From an uncultured Candidatus Rokubacteria bacterium (GTDB lineage: Bacteria > Methylomirabilota > Methylomirabilia > Rokubacteriales > DASRDR01): a stretch of 64,000 bases of DNA. A model generated the notes under the pieces. That model made no database searches. It saw only the letters and a program-made list of their open reading frames with translations, and was not told the origin of the DNA. Position 1 is the first letter of the stretch. Every line of letters begins with the position of its first letter. A program made the position numbers and the translations under genes. Below are positions 52,401 to 62,004 of this stretch, piece by piece. Location of the stretch: NCBI GenBank assembly GCA_963708025.1, contig CAVPSB010000012.1, positions 320,001-384,000 of the forward strand, in the 5' to 3' direction.

Positions 52401-53553
52401 CGCACGTTCTCGATGGCGATGACGGCCTGGGCGGCAAAGGTCTCCAGCAGGGCGATCTGCTTGTCCGAGAACGGCCGGACGACCCCGCGGCGGATCACGA
52501 TGGATCCCAGCGGCGCTCCTTCGCGCAAGAGCGGGGCCACGAGGGAGGTCCGACTGCGCACCTGCGCCCGGCGGAGGCGGGCCCGGGTCTCGGGGTATTC
52601 GGTCTCGGGAAGCGCCTCGAGGTCATCGATGTGAATCGTCCGTCGCTCGCACACGGCCCGGCCGGCGATCGTGGCCGGGGTGGCGGAGATCGGGTCACCG
52701 ACCGCCACCGACGGCGGAAGGGCGCCGTAGATGGCCACGGTGCGAAGCGCGTCTCCCTCGAGGAGCAGGATGTGCGAATCCGTGGCCCCGCAGACGCGGG
52801 CGGCGCTCTCGGCGACCGCGTCGAGGACCGGCTGGAGGTCGGTCGGTGAGCTCGAGATCACGCGCAGGATCCCGGCCGTCGCCGTCTGCTGCTCGAGCGC
52901 CTCCTGGGTCTCGTTGAACAGGCGGACGTTCTCGATCGCGATCGCCGCCTGGTCGGCGAAGGTCTGGAGCAGCGCGATCTCGCGCTCCGAGAACGGCCGG
53001 GATTCGGTGCGGTACGCGGTGAAGGCGCCGATGGCGACCCCTTCCCGGAGGAGGGGATGCCGATCGTGGTCCGGATGCCCGTGTCGCGCCGCGACTCCGG
53101 ATACTCCCGCGTCGCCTCCGCGGACTGGTAGTCGGGCAGGTGGATCGTCGTCCGGTCGAGGATGACCCGGCCGCTCACGCTCGTCCGGGCGATGGCCCGG
53201 GTCTCGCCCACGCGAAGCGTCGTGAGCGGCGGGCCCTGCTCGGCCACCTTCCGCATCAGGGGGCCCTCGACGCGGTACAGCGAGACGTTGGCCGCCCCGC
53301 ACAGCCGCGACGCGTTCCGGGCGGTGGCGTCCAGCACCGGCTGGAGGTCCGTGGGCGAGCGGCTGATGACCTTGAGGATCTCGGCGGTCGCGGTCTGCTG
53401 CTCGAGGGCCTCCGCCAGGCGCTTCTCGAGATCGCGAATCCGGGAGCCGTCATTCTTCGGCGGCTTGCCGGCGACGGCCGGCTTGGCCTCGACCCTGGCC
53501 TTCACGGGCTTCGCACCTCGACGCATCGGCCTCTCCTTGACCGGCACGGGCAT
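49484..53553 (-). CDS. Cytoplasmic histidine kinase with six tandem GAF domains (frameshifts near 53055, 52040, 51630, 49745)
   Basis: Repeated [13 protein letters not shown]...[11 protein letters not shown] units; [26 protein letters not shown] and GGTGLGL motifs. Confidence 0.88.
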
Positions 53554-53681
53554 GGCGACGGCGCGATGATCGACGACAGGCTACGCCAAGGCGCCTTCGC
53601 GGGCAAGCGCGAGAAGGGTTTCAGCCGGTGGCTACCGACCGTCACGCTGTCGTGCCGGTTGCGGGGCCGGGCAAGTCGGAA

Positions 53682-53915
53682 CTAGAACCACCAGTAGATG
53701 CCGCCGATCTTCTTGCAGAGCCAGCTCTCGTAGGCGGGCTGTTGAGGTCTGGCACGGCCACCGGCGTCAGGCCCCACGGCAGGGCACACCGCGGCCACCA
53801 ACCAGAGCCACAGGACGCACACGAAGAGGAGGCCGAGGGTCCAGCGCCTCCAGCGGGATACTCGCTGGCGGGAGAATCGCCGGCCGCGCCACATCTTGGG
53901 GTCGCGATGGCTCAC
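53682..53915 (-). CDS. Small membrane protein, hypothetical
   Basis: GAGGGAG RBS; basic N-terminus, one TM segment, C-terminal WLCKKIGGIYWWF. Confidence 0.5.
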   Translation of the reverse strand: MSHRDPKMWRGRRFSRQRVSRWRRWTLGLLFVCVLWLWLVAAVCPAVGPDAGGRARPQQPAYESWLCKKIGGIYWWF

Positions 53916-54158
53916 ACCGGGACTCCCTCGTGGAGGGTCAAACAGCGCGTCCAGTGTATCCGACGGTGCATGGATTCGTGATGAGTTCCGTACCGGGGGT
54001 CTTTCGGGAGCGCGGCTCGGAGATGCGCCCGTGACGCGCGAAGGGAAGGTCGGCGCCAGAGTGGGTCTGTAGCCGCCGGCAGGCCGGGATACAGACGGGT
54101 GTCCGTACCTTATTGCGAAATCAGGATGGTTCCCACGGCCCGGGCCTTTCCTGCGGCG

Positions 54159-55004
54159 CTAGCCCTTGACGGAACCGGCGGTGAGACCCGCGACGTAGTA
54201 CTTCACGAAGAACGAGTAGATGATGGCGACGGGGATGGAGCCCAGCAGGGCCCCGGCCATCAGCTGGCCCCAGTAGAAGGCGTCCCCGCGGATCAGCTCG
54301 CCCACGACTCCTATCGGCACGGTGCGCACACTCGAGCGGCTGAGAAAGAGCAGCGCGTAGAGGAACTCGTTCTGCGCCAGCGTAAAGGCGAAGATGCCAG
54401 CGGAAAGAAAGCCGGGCATGCAGAGGGGAAGAATCACCCGGGTCATGGCGCCGAAGCGGCCGGCGCCGTCGATCAGCGCCTGCTCCTCCAATTCCTTCGG
54501 CACCGTCTTGAAGTAGCCCATCAGCAGCCAGGCGATGAAGGGCACGAGCAGGGTGGGATAGGTCAACATCACGGCGCTGAGCGTATTACCCAGCTTCAGC
54601 CGACCGATGAGATCGGCCATCGGAACGAACAGCAGCGTCTGCGGAACCAGGTAGGTCACGGCAACGGTGACGGCCAGCAGCGCAGCGCCTCGAAACCGCA
54701 GCCGCGCCAGCGGGTAGGCCAGCATGCTCCCGAGCAGGAGGGAGATGGCGGTAGCGACCACGGCCACCAGCATCGTGTTGGCTATCCAGGTCAGGAAGTT
54801 GGTCTCCCGGAGCAGGTCGATGTAATGGACCAGGGACGGGTGCCGGATGGCCAGCGGCATGGCCTTGGGGTCGTACAGCTCGGCATTGGTCTTGAGCGAG
54901 GTGGCCGCCATCCATGTAAACGGAAACAGCGCCACCACGAAGAACACCGACAGCGGCAGCCACAGTCCCAAGAGGCGCCGCTGCCATGTCAATTCACCGA
55001 CCAT
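54159..55004 (-). CDS. Carbohydrate ABC permease (MalG-type)
   Basis: VPKELEEQALIDGA and NEFLYA motifs. Confidence 0.92.
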   Translation of the reverse strand: MVGELTWQRRLLGLWLPLSVFFVVALFPFTWMAATSLKTNAELYDPKAMPLAIRHPSLVHYIDLLRETNFLTWIANTMLVAVVATAISLLLGSMLAYPLARLRFRGAALLAVTVAVTYLVPQTLLFVPMADLIGRLKLGNTLSAVMLTYPTLLVPFIAWLLMGYFKTVPKELEEQALIDGAGRFGAMTRVILPLCMPGFLSAGIFAFTLAQNEFLYALLFLSRSSVRTVPIGVVGELIRGDAFYWGQLMAGALLGSIPVAIIYSFFVKYYVAGLTAGSVKG

Positions 55005-55005
55005 A

Positions 55006-55953
55006 TCAGTCCTTGCGCACGTAGAGGGTCAGCAGTACCAGCACCAGACCCAGCACCGGCACCATGCTGAGCGCCACTGCGGAACCGAGTCCCAGCTGAC
55101 CCGCACCCATGCTCAGGCTGTACGCGTAGGTCGCCATCAGGTGCGTGGAATTGGCGGGGCCGCCGCCGGTGAGCACATAGACGAGCTGAAAGTCGAAGAA
55201 GGTGAAAATGATCGAGAACGTGGTCACGATGAAGATCACGGGCAGCAGCAGGGGCAGCGTGACGTGACGGAAGCGGTCCCAGGTCCCCGCGCCATCGATG
55301 GTCGCCGACTCGTGCAGCTCGGTGGGAACGGTCTGCAAGCCCGCGAGGATCGAAATGCCGAAGAACGGCAGGCCGCGCCAGGTATTGACCATGATGATGG
55401 AAATCATGGCCATGGTCGGAGTGCCGAGCCAGGACGGCCCCGTCTTCGCCAGTCCGCTCACCACGAGCAAGCGGTTGAACAGGCCCATGCCGGGGTCCAG
55501 GATCCACTGCCACGCCACGGTACTGAGCACCGTGGGCACGATGAAGGGGAGCAGGAGCATGGCCCTGGCGAGGGCCTTCATCCGGAAGTTCTGGTTCATC
55601 ACCAGGGCCATGCCGAGCCCGCCGGCTGCCTTCAGCAGGGTCGCGACCGCCGTGAACTTGATCGTGTTTCCAACCGACTGCCAGAAGATCGGGTCATTCG
55701 CGAGGGTGACGAAATTGCCCAGGCCCACGAAGGAGGCGGCGCCGGCCACCTCCCTGCGGAAGAAGCTCAGGTACACGCCGTAGAAGAACGGGTAGCCCAG
55801 GAATGCCAGCAGGAACAGCAAGGGGGGCGTGAGCATGAGCCAGCTGAAAACGGACTCCCGCTGTACCAACGCTGCGAGCCGGCCCAACCGGAACGGCCGG
55901 TGGGCCGGCGCGGCCAGCGCGGTCGCCCGAGATGCCTCGACGACTCGGCTCAT
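55006..55953 (-). CDS. Carbohydrate ABC permease (MalF-type)
   Basis: FVGLGNF, LAGLQTVPTELHESATIDGA and LTGGGP motifs. Confidence 0.92.
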   Translation of the reverse strand: MSRVVEASRATALAAPAHRPFRLGRLAALVQRESVFSWLMLTPPLLFLLAFLGYPFFYGVYLSFFRREVAGAASFVGLGNFVTLANDPIFWQSVGNTIKFTAVATLLKAAGGLGMALVMNQNFRMKALARAMLLLPFIVPTVLSTVAWQWILDPGMGLFNRLLVVSGLAKTGPSWLGTPTMAMISIIMVNTWRGLPFFGISILAGLQTVPTELHESATIDGAGTWDRFRHVTLPLLLPVIFIVTTFSIIFTFFDFQLVYVLTGGGPANSTHLMATYAYSLSMGAGQLGLGSAVALSMVPVLGLVLVLLTLYVRKD

Positions 55954-55955
55954 CC

Positions 55956-57251
55956 CTACCCGTAGATCTGCTTGAGCTGCGCGACGGCCTCCGCCATGAC
56001 GGTCTTGGTCGCCCCGCCCGTGCAGGCCTTGGAGAACATGTCGATCACCACCCAGCGATTGACCACGGCCCCGTGGGCGCGGTTGGCAGGCGCCGGCCAC
56101 GACGTGAGCTTCCCGGTTTCGAGGACTTTCTGGAACGGCTTGACGCGCGGCTCGATATCCCATTCGGGCACCTTGTCGAAGCCGTGCAGGAACGGAGCGA
56201 AATACATGTCGCCGGAAGCGATCCATGGGCGGTACTGCTTCGGGTCCATGGTCCAGCGCAGGAAATCCTTGGCGGCCGCCGGGTCAGGGCCATAGGCGAA
56301 GACACCGTGCGTCACGGGCACGAGCGCATGGTAGCGCTGGCCATTGGGTCCCTTGGGATTGAGGCCGTGTTCGATCACCTTCCCCATCTCCGGCAGGTCG
56401 CGCTTGGCCGAAACCATGATGCTGTAGGCATTGTTGGTGCATGAGATCTGGCTGGTCAGGAAGGCCTTGTTGTTGGCCGGATCCAGCCACCCCACGCAGT
56501 CTTCGATGCAGGCTTCCTTGTACAGCTTGCGCACGAAATCCACGGCGCGCGCGGTTTCGTTGGTGTCCAAAGCGACCTTCTTGCCATCCTTGTCCATGAC
56601 CGTCGCCCCGTACGACCACAGCAGGGGGTAGAGCCAGGAGTAGTTGTCCGCGAAGCCGTGACCCATGGACATCCCGTACGGATGGCCCTTGGCCTTGAGC
56701 TTGATACCGGCTTCCAGGAACTCGTCCCAGGTCTCGGGGAATTTCTTGACCCCGGCCTCGTCGAACCAATCCTTTCGGTAGACCATCAGCTGGCCGATGT
56801 TCCCGTGGGGCACGGACTTCCATTTCCCGTTGTCGACAGACAACCGCTTGATCTCGTCATACCAGCCGCCTTGCTCCTTGCCCACCGCCTCGGCGATGTC
56901 GGACACGTCCACCAGGGCGTCGCGGTAGAGCCACTCCTGCTGAACCCAGGCCAGATCGGCGCCGGATTTGTTCTCGACCATCGAGATCAGCTGGGGTACC
57001 GCGCCGCCACCGGCGGCCTGGATCTGGTATTCGATCTTGATGCCCGTGGCCTTTTCGTAGGCCGGCCCCACTACTTTCAGGAAGTGCTCGTCGAAGTTCT
57101 TCACGTAGGCGCTTTCACGCGCGAACGTAATGGTGACCGGCTTGGCCTGGACATTGCGGGCGATCCAGGGAGCCCCGGCAACACCTGCGGCCCCGGCGGC
57201 AAGCTTCAGAAAATCACGACGGGTGGCCTTCGGCTGTGCGGGCTGTGCCAT
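55956..57251 (-). CDS. Carbohydrate ABC substrate-binding protein (Tat signal)
   Basis: TRRDFLK, YRKDWF, PETWDE and NNKAFL motifs. Confidence 0.9.
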   Translation of the reverse strand: MAQPAQPKATRRDFLKLAAGAAGVAGAPWIARNVQAKPVTITFARESAYVKNFDEHFLKVVGPAYEKATGIKIEYQIQAAGGGAVPQLISMVENKSGADLAWVQQEWLYRDALVDVSDIAEAVGKEQGGWYDEIKRLSVDNGKWKSVPHGNIGQLMVYRKDWFDEAGVKKFPETWDEFLEAGIKLKAKGHPYGMSMGHGFADNYSWLYPLLWSYGATVMDKDGKKVALDTNETARAVDFVRKLYKEACIEDCVGWLDPANNKAFLTSQISCTNNAYSIMVSAKRDLPEMGKVIEHGLNPKGPNGQRYHALVPVTHGVFAYGPDPAAAKDFLRWTMDPKQYRPWIASGDMYFAPFLHGFDKVPEWDIEPRVKPFQKVLETGKLTSWPAPANRAHGAVVNRWVVIDMFSKACTGGATKTVMAEAVAQLKQIYG

Positions 57252-57551
57252 GTCTTTTCCCCTTGTGTGTGACGTGGATGGCGCTGAGGAAACATTGACG
57301 TCAGTTCGTATCACGCGGCCCTGTCCAGCGGGCATCCAGGACCCCCTGAAAGACCTCAGCCTCGTCGAGCCGCCGGCCCTGGAACCGAAACCGCCCGGCT
57401 CGGATCCGGCTCCTGCGGCGATGATCCTGCTCCAGGGGGGGGCTCGTCAAGGGCCGCGTGAGCGGCGCAGACGGCTGCCCTGGCGGCAGTCGCCGGCGAC
57501 CCCGCCGCCGGCCGCCGGCGAGGGCGCAGATCACTCCGGGCTCATCCAGGG

Positions 57552-57584
57552 CTGGCCTTTTCCTCCTCCTTGGCTTAGATTGGC
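57552..57584 (+). promoter_or_regulatory. Duplicated promoter-like element, copy 1
   Basis: CTGGCCTTTTCCTCCTCCTTGGCTTAGATTGGC; TGGCCT-17-TAGATT; 28/33 identical to 59137-59169. Confidence 0.6.
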
Positions 57585-57695
57585 CCACCAAGGCGCATCG
57601 GATGGCCCGATCGGCGTGGGGCTGTTTGCCGGGCGGGAGGCGTCAGGGGAGGCCGGATACGCCAGCCGCTCCACGTCTTGCGTCAGGAGGACGAC

Positions 57696-58043
57696 GTGAC
57701 TTCGACGGCCGGCGGCAGCTACCGCGTGGCGTACCACGTCGGGGACGTGCTGAGCCTACGAACGAAGGTCCTGCAGGGGCGGGCATCCCTGGCCCGGGAC
57801 GCCTTGACGATCACCGGCTCCTCCCCGGTCGAGATCCCCATTCGTGAGCTTCGAGCGGCCGAGCTGTTCCGGCTGCACGGCCTCGGTCGCTGTATCCGGA
57901 TCTCTCACGAGAAGGGCACCGTCTACGTATCCGTCGTACGCTGTGCGGTGTTCGGCTACTTTGCGGTCATCAACTTTCGCCGAACCGGCGAACTTGCGCG
58001 CCGTCTTCGCGAGGCTATCGGGGGTCGCCTCGATGCGACGTAG
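57696..58043 (+). CDS. Hypothetical protein (possibly PH-like beta fold)
   Basis: AGGAGG RBS before GTG; beta-rich sequence with a C-terminal helix. Confidence 0.55.
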   Translation: MTSTAGGSYRVAYHVGDVLSLRTKVLQGRASLARDALTITGSSPVEIPIRELRAAELFRLHGLGRCIRISHEKGTVYVSVVRCAVFGYFAVINFRRTGELARRLREAIGGRLDAT

Positions 58044-58073
58044 CAGGCTCGGATCGGTGGGGGATCAGCGACC

Positions 58074-59102
58074 ATGACGCGAGTAACCGGAAGCAGGGCC
58101 CTGGGGCCCGTGCCGCTCATGCTGGCCGAGGACATCCGGGACAGCCGGGCCTGGAGGCGAGAGAACCTCTCGCCCGGGCACTGGCTGGTGTCGCTGCCAT
58201 CACGTTGCGTCGAAGAGCTGGACGCCGCCGCCCGCCAGCTGCGCCGGGAGCCGCTGCCGACGCTCCTGCTCGATCCTGGCCAGTACGCGCTCGCCGCCTG
58301 CGCCGAGGTGATGGACCGGGTGCGCGAGAAGCTCCGCGGGGGCGTCGGCCTCGCGGTGCTGGACCGCGTGCCGGTGGAGCGGTACACGGTCCTGGAGAAC
58401 CAGGCGCTGGCGTGGCTGCTCGGCAGCCTGCTCGGCCGGCCGGTCGCCCAGAAGTGGGACGGCACGATGCTCTACGACGTGCGTGACACCGGCAAGGCGC
58501 TCGAGTACGGCGTGCGGCGCTCGGTCACGAATCTCGACCTCACCTTCCACACGGACGCGCCGTGGCTGGAGCTTCCGCCGGAGCTGGTGGGGCTCTACTG
58601 CATCAACCCGGCGCGCGAGGGGGGCGTGAGCCGGTTCGTCAGCCTCTGCACCGTTCACAACGAGCTCAGGCGTCGCCATGCCGGCCTCGTCCCCCGCCTC
58701 TACCGCCCCTTCCCGTGGGACCGCCAGGCCGAGCATGCGCCCGACGACGTCAAGGTCGCGCGGCGTCCGATCTTTCGGTACGACGGCCGGTCTCTGGTCG
58801 GGCGCTTCAACGAGAGGCTGATCAGCTCCGGCGCCGACCTGGCCGGTGAGGCGCTCGACGGCGAGGGACGCGAGGCGCTGGAGACCATGCAGAGGATCGT
58901 GGACCTCCCGGAACTCTGGGTCGAGTTCACCATCGAGCGCGGCCAGCTCCAGTACATCGACAACCGGCAGTTTGCCCACAGCCGCACGGACTTCACGGAC
59001 GCCCCCGAACCGCATCTCAAGCGGCACATGATCCGTCTCTGGACCCGCGAGGAGGGCCGCCGGACCTTCCACGCGGTCGCCAAGAAATCGCCGCAGTCGT
59101 AG
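58074..59102 (+). CDS. TauD/TfdA family Fe(II)/2-oxoglutarate dioxygenase
   Basis: FHTD, GGVSRF and DNRQFAHSR...RHMIRLW motifs. Confidence 0.88.
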   Translation: MTRVTGSRALGPVPLMLAEDIRDSRAWRRENLSPGHWLVSLPSRCVEELDAAARQLRREPLPTLLLDPGQYALAACAEVMDRVREKLRGGVGLAVLDRVPVERYTVLENQALAWLLGSLLGRPVAQKWDGTMLYDVRDTGKALEYGVRRSVTNLDLTFHTDAPWLELPPELVGLYCINPAREGGVSRFVSLCTVHNELRRRHAGLVPRLYRPFPWDRQAEHAPDDVKVARRPIFRYDGRSLVGRFNERLISSGADLAGEALDGEGREALETMQRIVDLPELWVEFTIERGQLQYIDNRQFAHSRTDFTDAPEPHLKRHMIRLWTREEGRRTFHAVAKKSPQS

Positions 59103-59136
59103 CGCCAGATCGATTCTCCCAAGCGGTTCCGAGGCT

Positions 59137-59169
59137 CTGGCCTTCTTCCCCTCCTTGGAATAGATTGGC
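59137..59169 (+). promoter_or_regulatory. Duplicated promoter-like element, copy 2
   Basis: CTGGCCTTCTTCCCCTCCTTGGAATAGATTGGC. Confidence 0.6.
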
Positions 59170-59293
59170 TCTCGTTGGGCTGTCCGGCAAGGAGGTGGGA
59201 CACCTCTGAGCACGGGTTGACTGAAACCGGCGCGGTGAGTCGACGGGACGGCTCAGGCCCGTTTGTTCGAGGAAGAAAGGGCCGAGGGCGCTA

Positions 59294-60085
59294 GTGCGAA
59301 ACGTCAGGGAGTTGGCGAGGCCACTGGCCTCACCAGGCGTGCACGTCATCAAGCGCGACGCGCCGTCTCTCTCCCATTTCGGGGGCTTGCCGAACCTTTC
59401 CGCTGGAGCTCGTTGGCCCGAGCGAAACGGAGTGCCATTGGGCTTTCTCGCACGTCTTTCGCTCACGGAGCTTCAGCGCGCGTCGCCGATCGAATGGCTT
59501 CCGCCTTCGGGTGCGCTGCTCTTCTTCTACGATCTGGAGCAGCAACCCTGGGGCTTTGATCCGGTGGACCGTGGCAGCTGGGTTGTCTACCACGTGCCCG
59601 ACCTCGTATCTCCCGTCGAGGTCAAACCGACCACCGCGATGGACGACTCCGCGGTACCACATCGGTACGTCGGGTTTCGGCGCGTTCCCACGCTGCCTTT
59701 CTTGGAACGTGACGCCGTCCGAGCCCTGGCTCTCACTGACGAGGAATCCGACGAGTACGTCAAGGCTCGTGATGAGCCTTTTCACGGCATGCCGCAACAT
59801 CAGGTCGGCGGGTTCCCAGCGCCGGTTCAGGGCGACGACATGGAGCTCGATTGCCAGCTCGTCAGCAACGGCCTGTACTGCGGCGACAGTAGCGGTTACG
59901 ACGATCCCAGGGCGTCCGCGTTGGCACCCGGCGCAGCCGAGTGGCGGCTTCTCTTCCAGTTCGACTCCGACGACGATCTGAGCATCATGTGGGGTGACGG
60001 CGGGATGATCTACTTCTGGGTGCGCGAGCGGGATGCAAGGGCAGGCGACTTTTCGGATACCTGGCTGGTCCTCCAGTGTGCCTGA
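59294..60085 (+). CDS. YwqG/DUF1963 family protein
   Basis: SHFGGLP, LPPSGALLFFYD, HQVGGFP..VQ, LLFQFDSD, MWGDGG..YFW and LQC motifs. Confidence 0.88.
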   Translation: MRNVRELARPLASPGVHVIKRDAPSLSHFGGLPNLSAGARWPERNGVPLGFLARLSLTELQRASPIEWLPPSGALLFFYDLEQQPWGFDPVDRGSWVVYHVPDLVSPVEVKPTTAMDDSAVPHRYVGFRRVPTLPFLERDAVRALALTDEESDEYVKARDEPFHGMPQHQVGGFPAPVQGDDMELDCQLVSNGLYCGDSSGYDDPRASALAPGAAEWRLLFQFDSDDDLSIMWGDGGMIYFWVRERDARAGDFSDTWLVLQCA

Positions 60086-60130
60086 GGACGGTTGACCTTG
60101 GTCGGCGCGGGAGGTCGCCTGTAAGGCGGG

Positions 60131-60643
60131 TCACCTCCGGGCTCGGCGGCGGGCCGATGAGCCCCCCACGCGCCGGATCGCGAAGCGCTCGCGGGCCATG
60201 CCTTCGCGAAAGAGCTCGGCGCAGGCCCGGGCGTAGGCCTCCAGGCCCTCGGTGATGGTGGCGAAGAGGTTGCCGGGCATGAAGCCGGCGGGACCGAGCA
60301 GGAGGTTGTTCCGCCCGTAGAAGACGGCGAGGTCGACGAGGCCCCGGGGATGCCGCCGGCGGAGGGCGACCGGCAGGTCGATCGTGTCGGGCGAGACCTC
60401 GAAGTAGCAGACGTCGCCGGGGATCGGGGTGATGGTGGCGTTCTCTTCGCGGACGGGCCGGCGGCCGAGCGGGGGCACCAGCGTGTAGAGCTCGCGGCCG
60501 GCCCACTTCGCGTGGTAGGTGTCGCCTTCGAGGGGGAGCGCGTCCCACACCGCGCGGCATGTGCGGGGCGCCTCGGCCTCCAGCAGCGTGGCGACCGCCC
60601 GCACCTTCTTCCGCACCAGCCAGAGCTCGATCCGTCGCGCCAT
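60131..60643 (-). CDS. DUF3830 family (cyclophilin-like fold) protein
   Basis: APRTCRAVWDALP, HAKWAGRE, ENATITPIPGD and FYGRNN motifs. Confidence 0.85.
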   Translation of the reverse strand: MARRIELWLVRKKVRAVATLLEAEAPRTCRAVWDALPLEGDTYHAKWAGRELYTLVPPLGRRPVREENATITPIPGDVCYFEVSPDTIDLPVALRRRHPRGLVDLAVFYGRNNLLLGPAGFMPGNLFATITEGLEAYARACAELFREGMARERFAIRRVGGSSARRRARR

Positions 60644-60664
60644 GCTCGTCTCCGTCGTGTGGAT

Positions 60665-60708
60665 CGGACCGGTCCGTTCTTGACGCTCGCGGCAGCGGCC
60701 GCCATACT
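60665..60708 (+). promoter_or_regulatory. Sigma70 promoter (leaderless) with upstream palindrome
   Basis: CGGACCGGTCCG dyad at 60665-60676; TTGACG-17-CATACT, 8 nt before ATG 60717. Confidence 0.65.
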
Positions 60709-60716
60709 CGGGCTGG

Positions 60717-61970
60717 ATGCCCTGGCAACCCTACCACACCGTCTGGACGCTCGTCGTCCTCGGCTGGATCGCCAACTACATCGTCCGGATGGCCTTCTCG
60801 CCGCTTCTCGAGCCGGTGATGGCGGAGTTCCAGCTGAGCCACGCCGGCGCCGGCTTCCTGTTCTCGGTCTTCTTCTACGGCTACCTGGGCATGCAGATCC
60901 CGGCCGGCTTCCTGGGGGACCGGTTCGGGCGGAAGCGCGTCCTCGTGGTCGGCATCCTGATCGTCGCCGTCTCGACGCTGGCCACGGGCCTGGCGCCGAC
61001 GCTCCTCACGCTCGGCCTCGCGCGCCTGCTGGCCGGGCTGGCCCAGGGCATGTACTTCGCGAACGACCGGCCCCTCATCGCGGCGGCCACGCCGCGCGAT
61101 CGCCTGGCGCTCGGGCAGGGGATCTCGTTCTCCGGGCTGGGGATCGGCAACGCGCTCGGCGTGGTCGCGGGCGGCGCCCTCGGCGAGCTGATGCCCTGGC
61201 GGCAGGTCTTCCTGGTGCTGACGGTCCTCCCGCTGATCTCGGCGACGCTGATCGCCCGCTTCGTGCCGGATATCGGGAGCAGGGAGGGCGGGCGGGCGCG
61301 CCCGGACGCCGGGCGCGGGGAGCCGGGCCGCGCCAGCGTCTTCGGCCACCGGGACCTCTGGGTGCTGGGGCTGGCCGGCATGTGTCCGATCTGGACCCAG
61401 TTCTTCATCGCCACCTGGGGACCGGCGCTGTTCGGCGAGCTGGGCGTCCGCGAGCTGAGCCGCTCGTCGCTCTACGCGAGCCTGCTGGGCGTCGCCGCGC
61501 CGCCCGGGCTCCTGGCGCTCGGCGCCCTCTCCGACCGGCTCGCGCGCCGCGGCATCGCCCGGAAGGCGGTGCTGGCCGGCGCGATCCTCTGCATGGCGGC
61601 GTCGGTCGCCGCGATGGGCCTGACCGTCCAGCTCCGCGGGCCGGCCTGGGTCCTGGCCGTCCTGGTCTTCGTGACGAGCCTGTTCCTGTGGGGCGCCTGG
61701 GGGCCGGTCTATGCCCTGGTCGCCGAGGTGTTCCCGCAGCGCGTGATGGGGACGGCCTACGGCTTCCTGAACACGATCAGCTTCGTCTCGGCGATCCTGA
61801 CCCCCTACGTCAGCGGCTGGATCAGGGACTGGAGCGGCTCGTTCGCCGGCGGCTGCTACCTGGCGGCGCTCATCGGGCTCGCCGGCGTGCCGGTGGCGAT
61901 GGCCGTGACCCCCGCGTTCCGCCTCGCGCCGGCCCCGCCGGTGCCCTCGTCCGCCGCCGCCGCGCGCTGA
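60717..61970 (+). CDS. MFS transporter
   Basis: QIPAGFLGDRFGRKR and GALSDRL motifs; about 12 TM segments. Confidence 0.92.
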   Translation: MPWQPYHTVWTLVVLGWIANYIVRMAFSPLLEPVMAEFQLSHAGAGFLFSVFFYGYLGMQIPAGFLGDRFGRKRVLVVGILIVAVSTLATGLAPTLLTLGLARLLAGLAQGMYFANDRPLIAAATPRDRLALGQGISFSGLGIGNALGVVAGGALGELMPWRQVFLVLTVLPLISATLIARFVPDIGSREGGRARPDAGRGEPGRASVFGHRDLWVLGLAGMCPIWTQFFIATWGPALFGELGVRELSRSSLYASLLGVAAPPGLLALGALSDRLARRGIARKAVLAGAILCMAASVAAMGLTVQLRGPAWVLAVLVFVTSLFLWGAWGPVYALVAEVFPQRVMGTAYGFLNTISFVSAILTPYVSGWIRDWSGSFAGGCYLAALIGLAGVPVAMAVTPAFRLAPAPPVPSSAAAAR

Positions 61971-62004
61971 TCGGGGCCGCCGGCCCCGCCTGTATAATGT
62001 TCCC

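Noticed and set aside
57300..60130. Integron cassette array
   Set aside because: No integrase and no convincing attC (RYYYAAC...GTTRRRY) structures around the ORFs.
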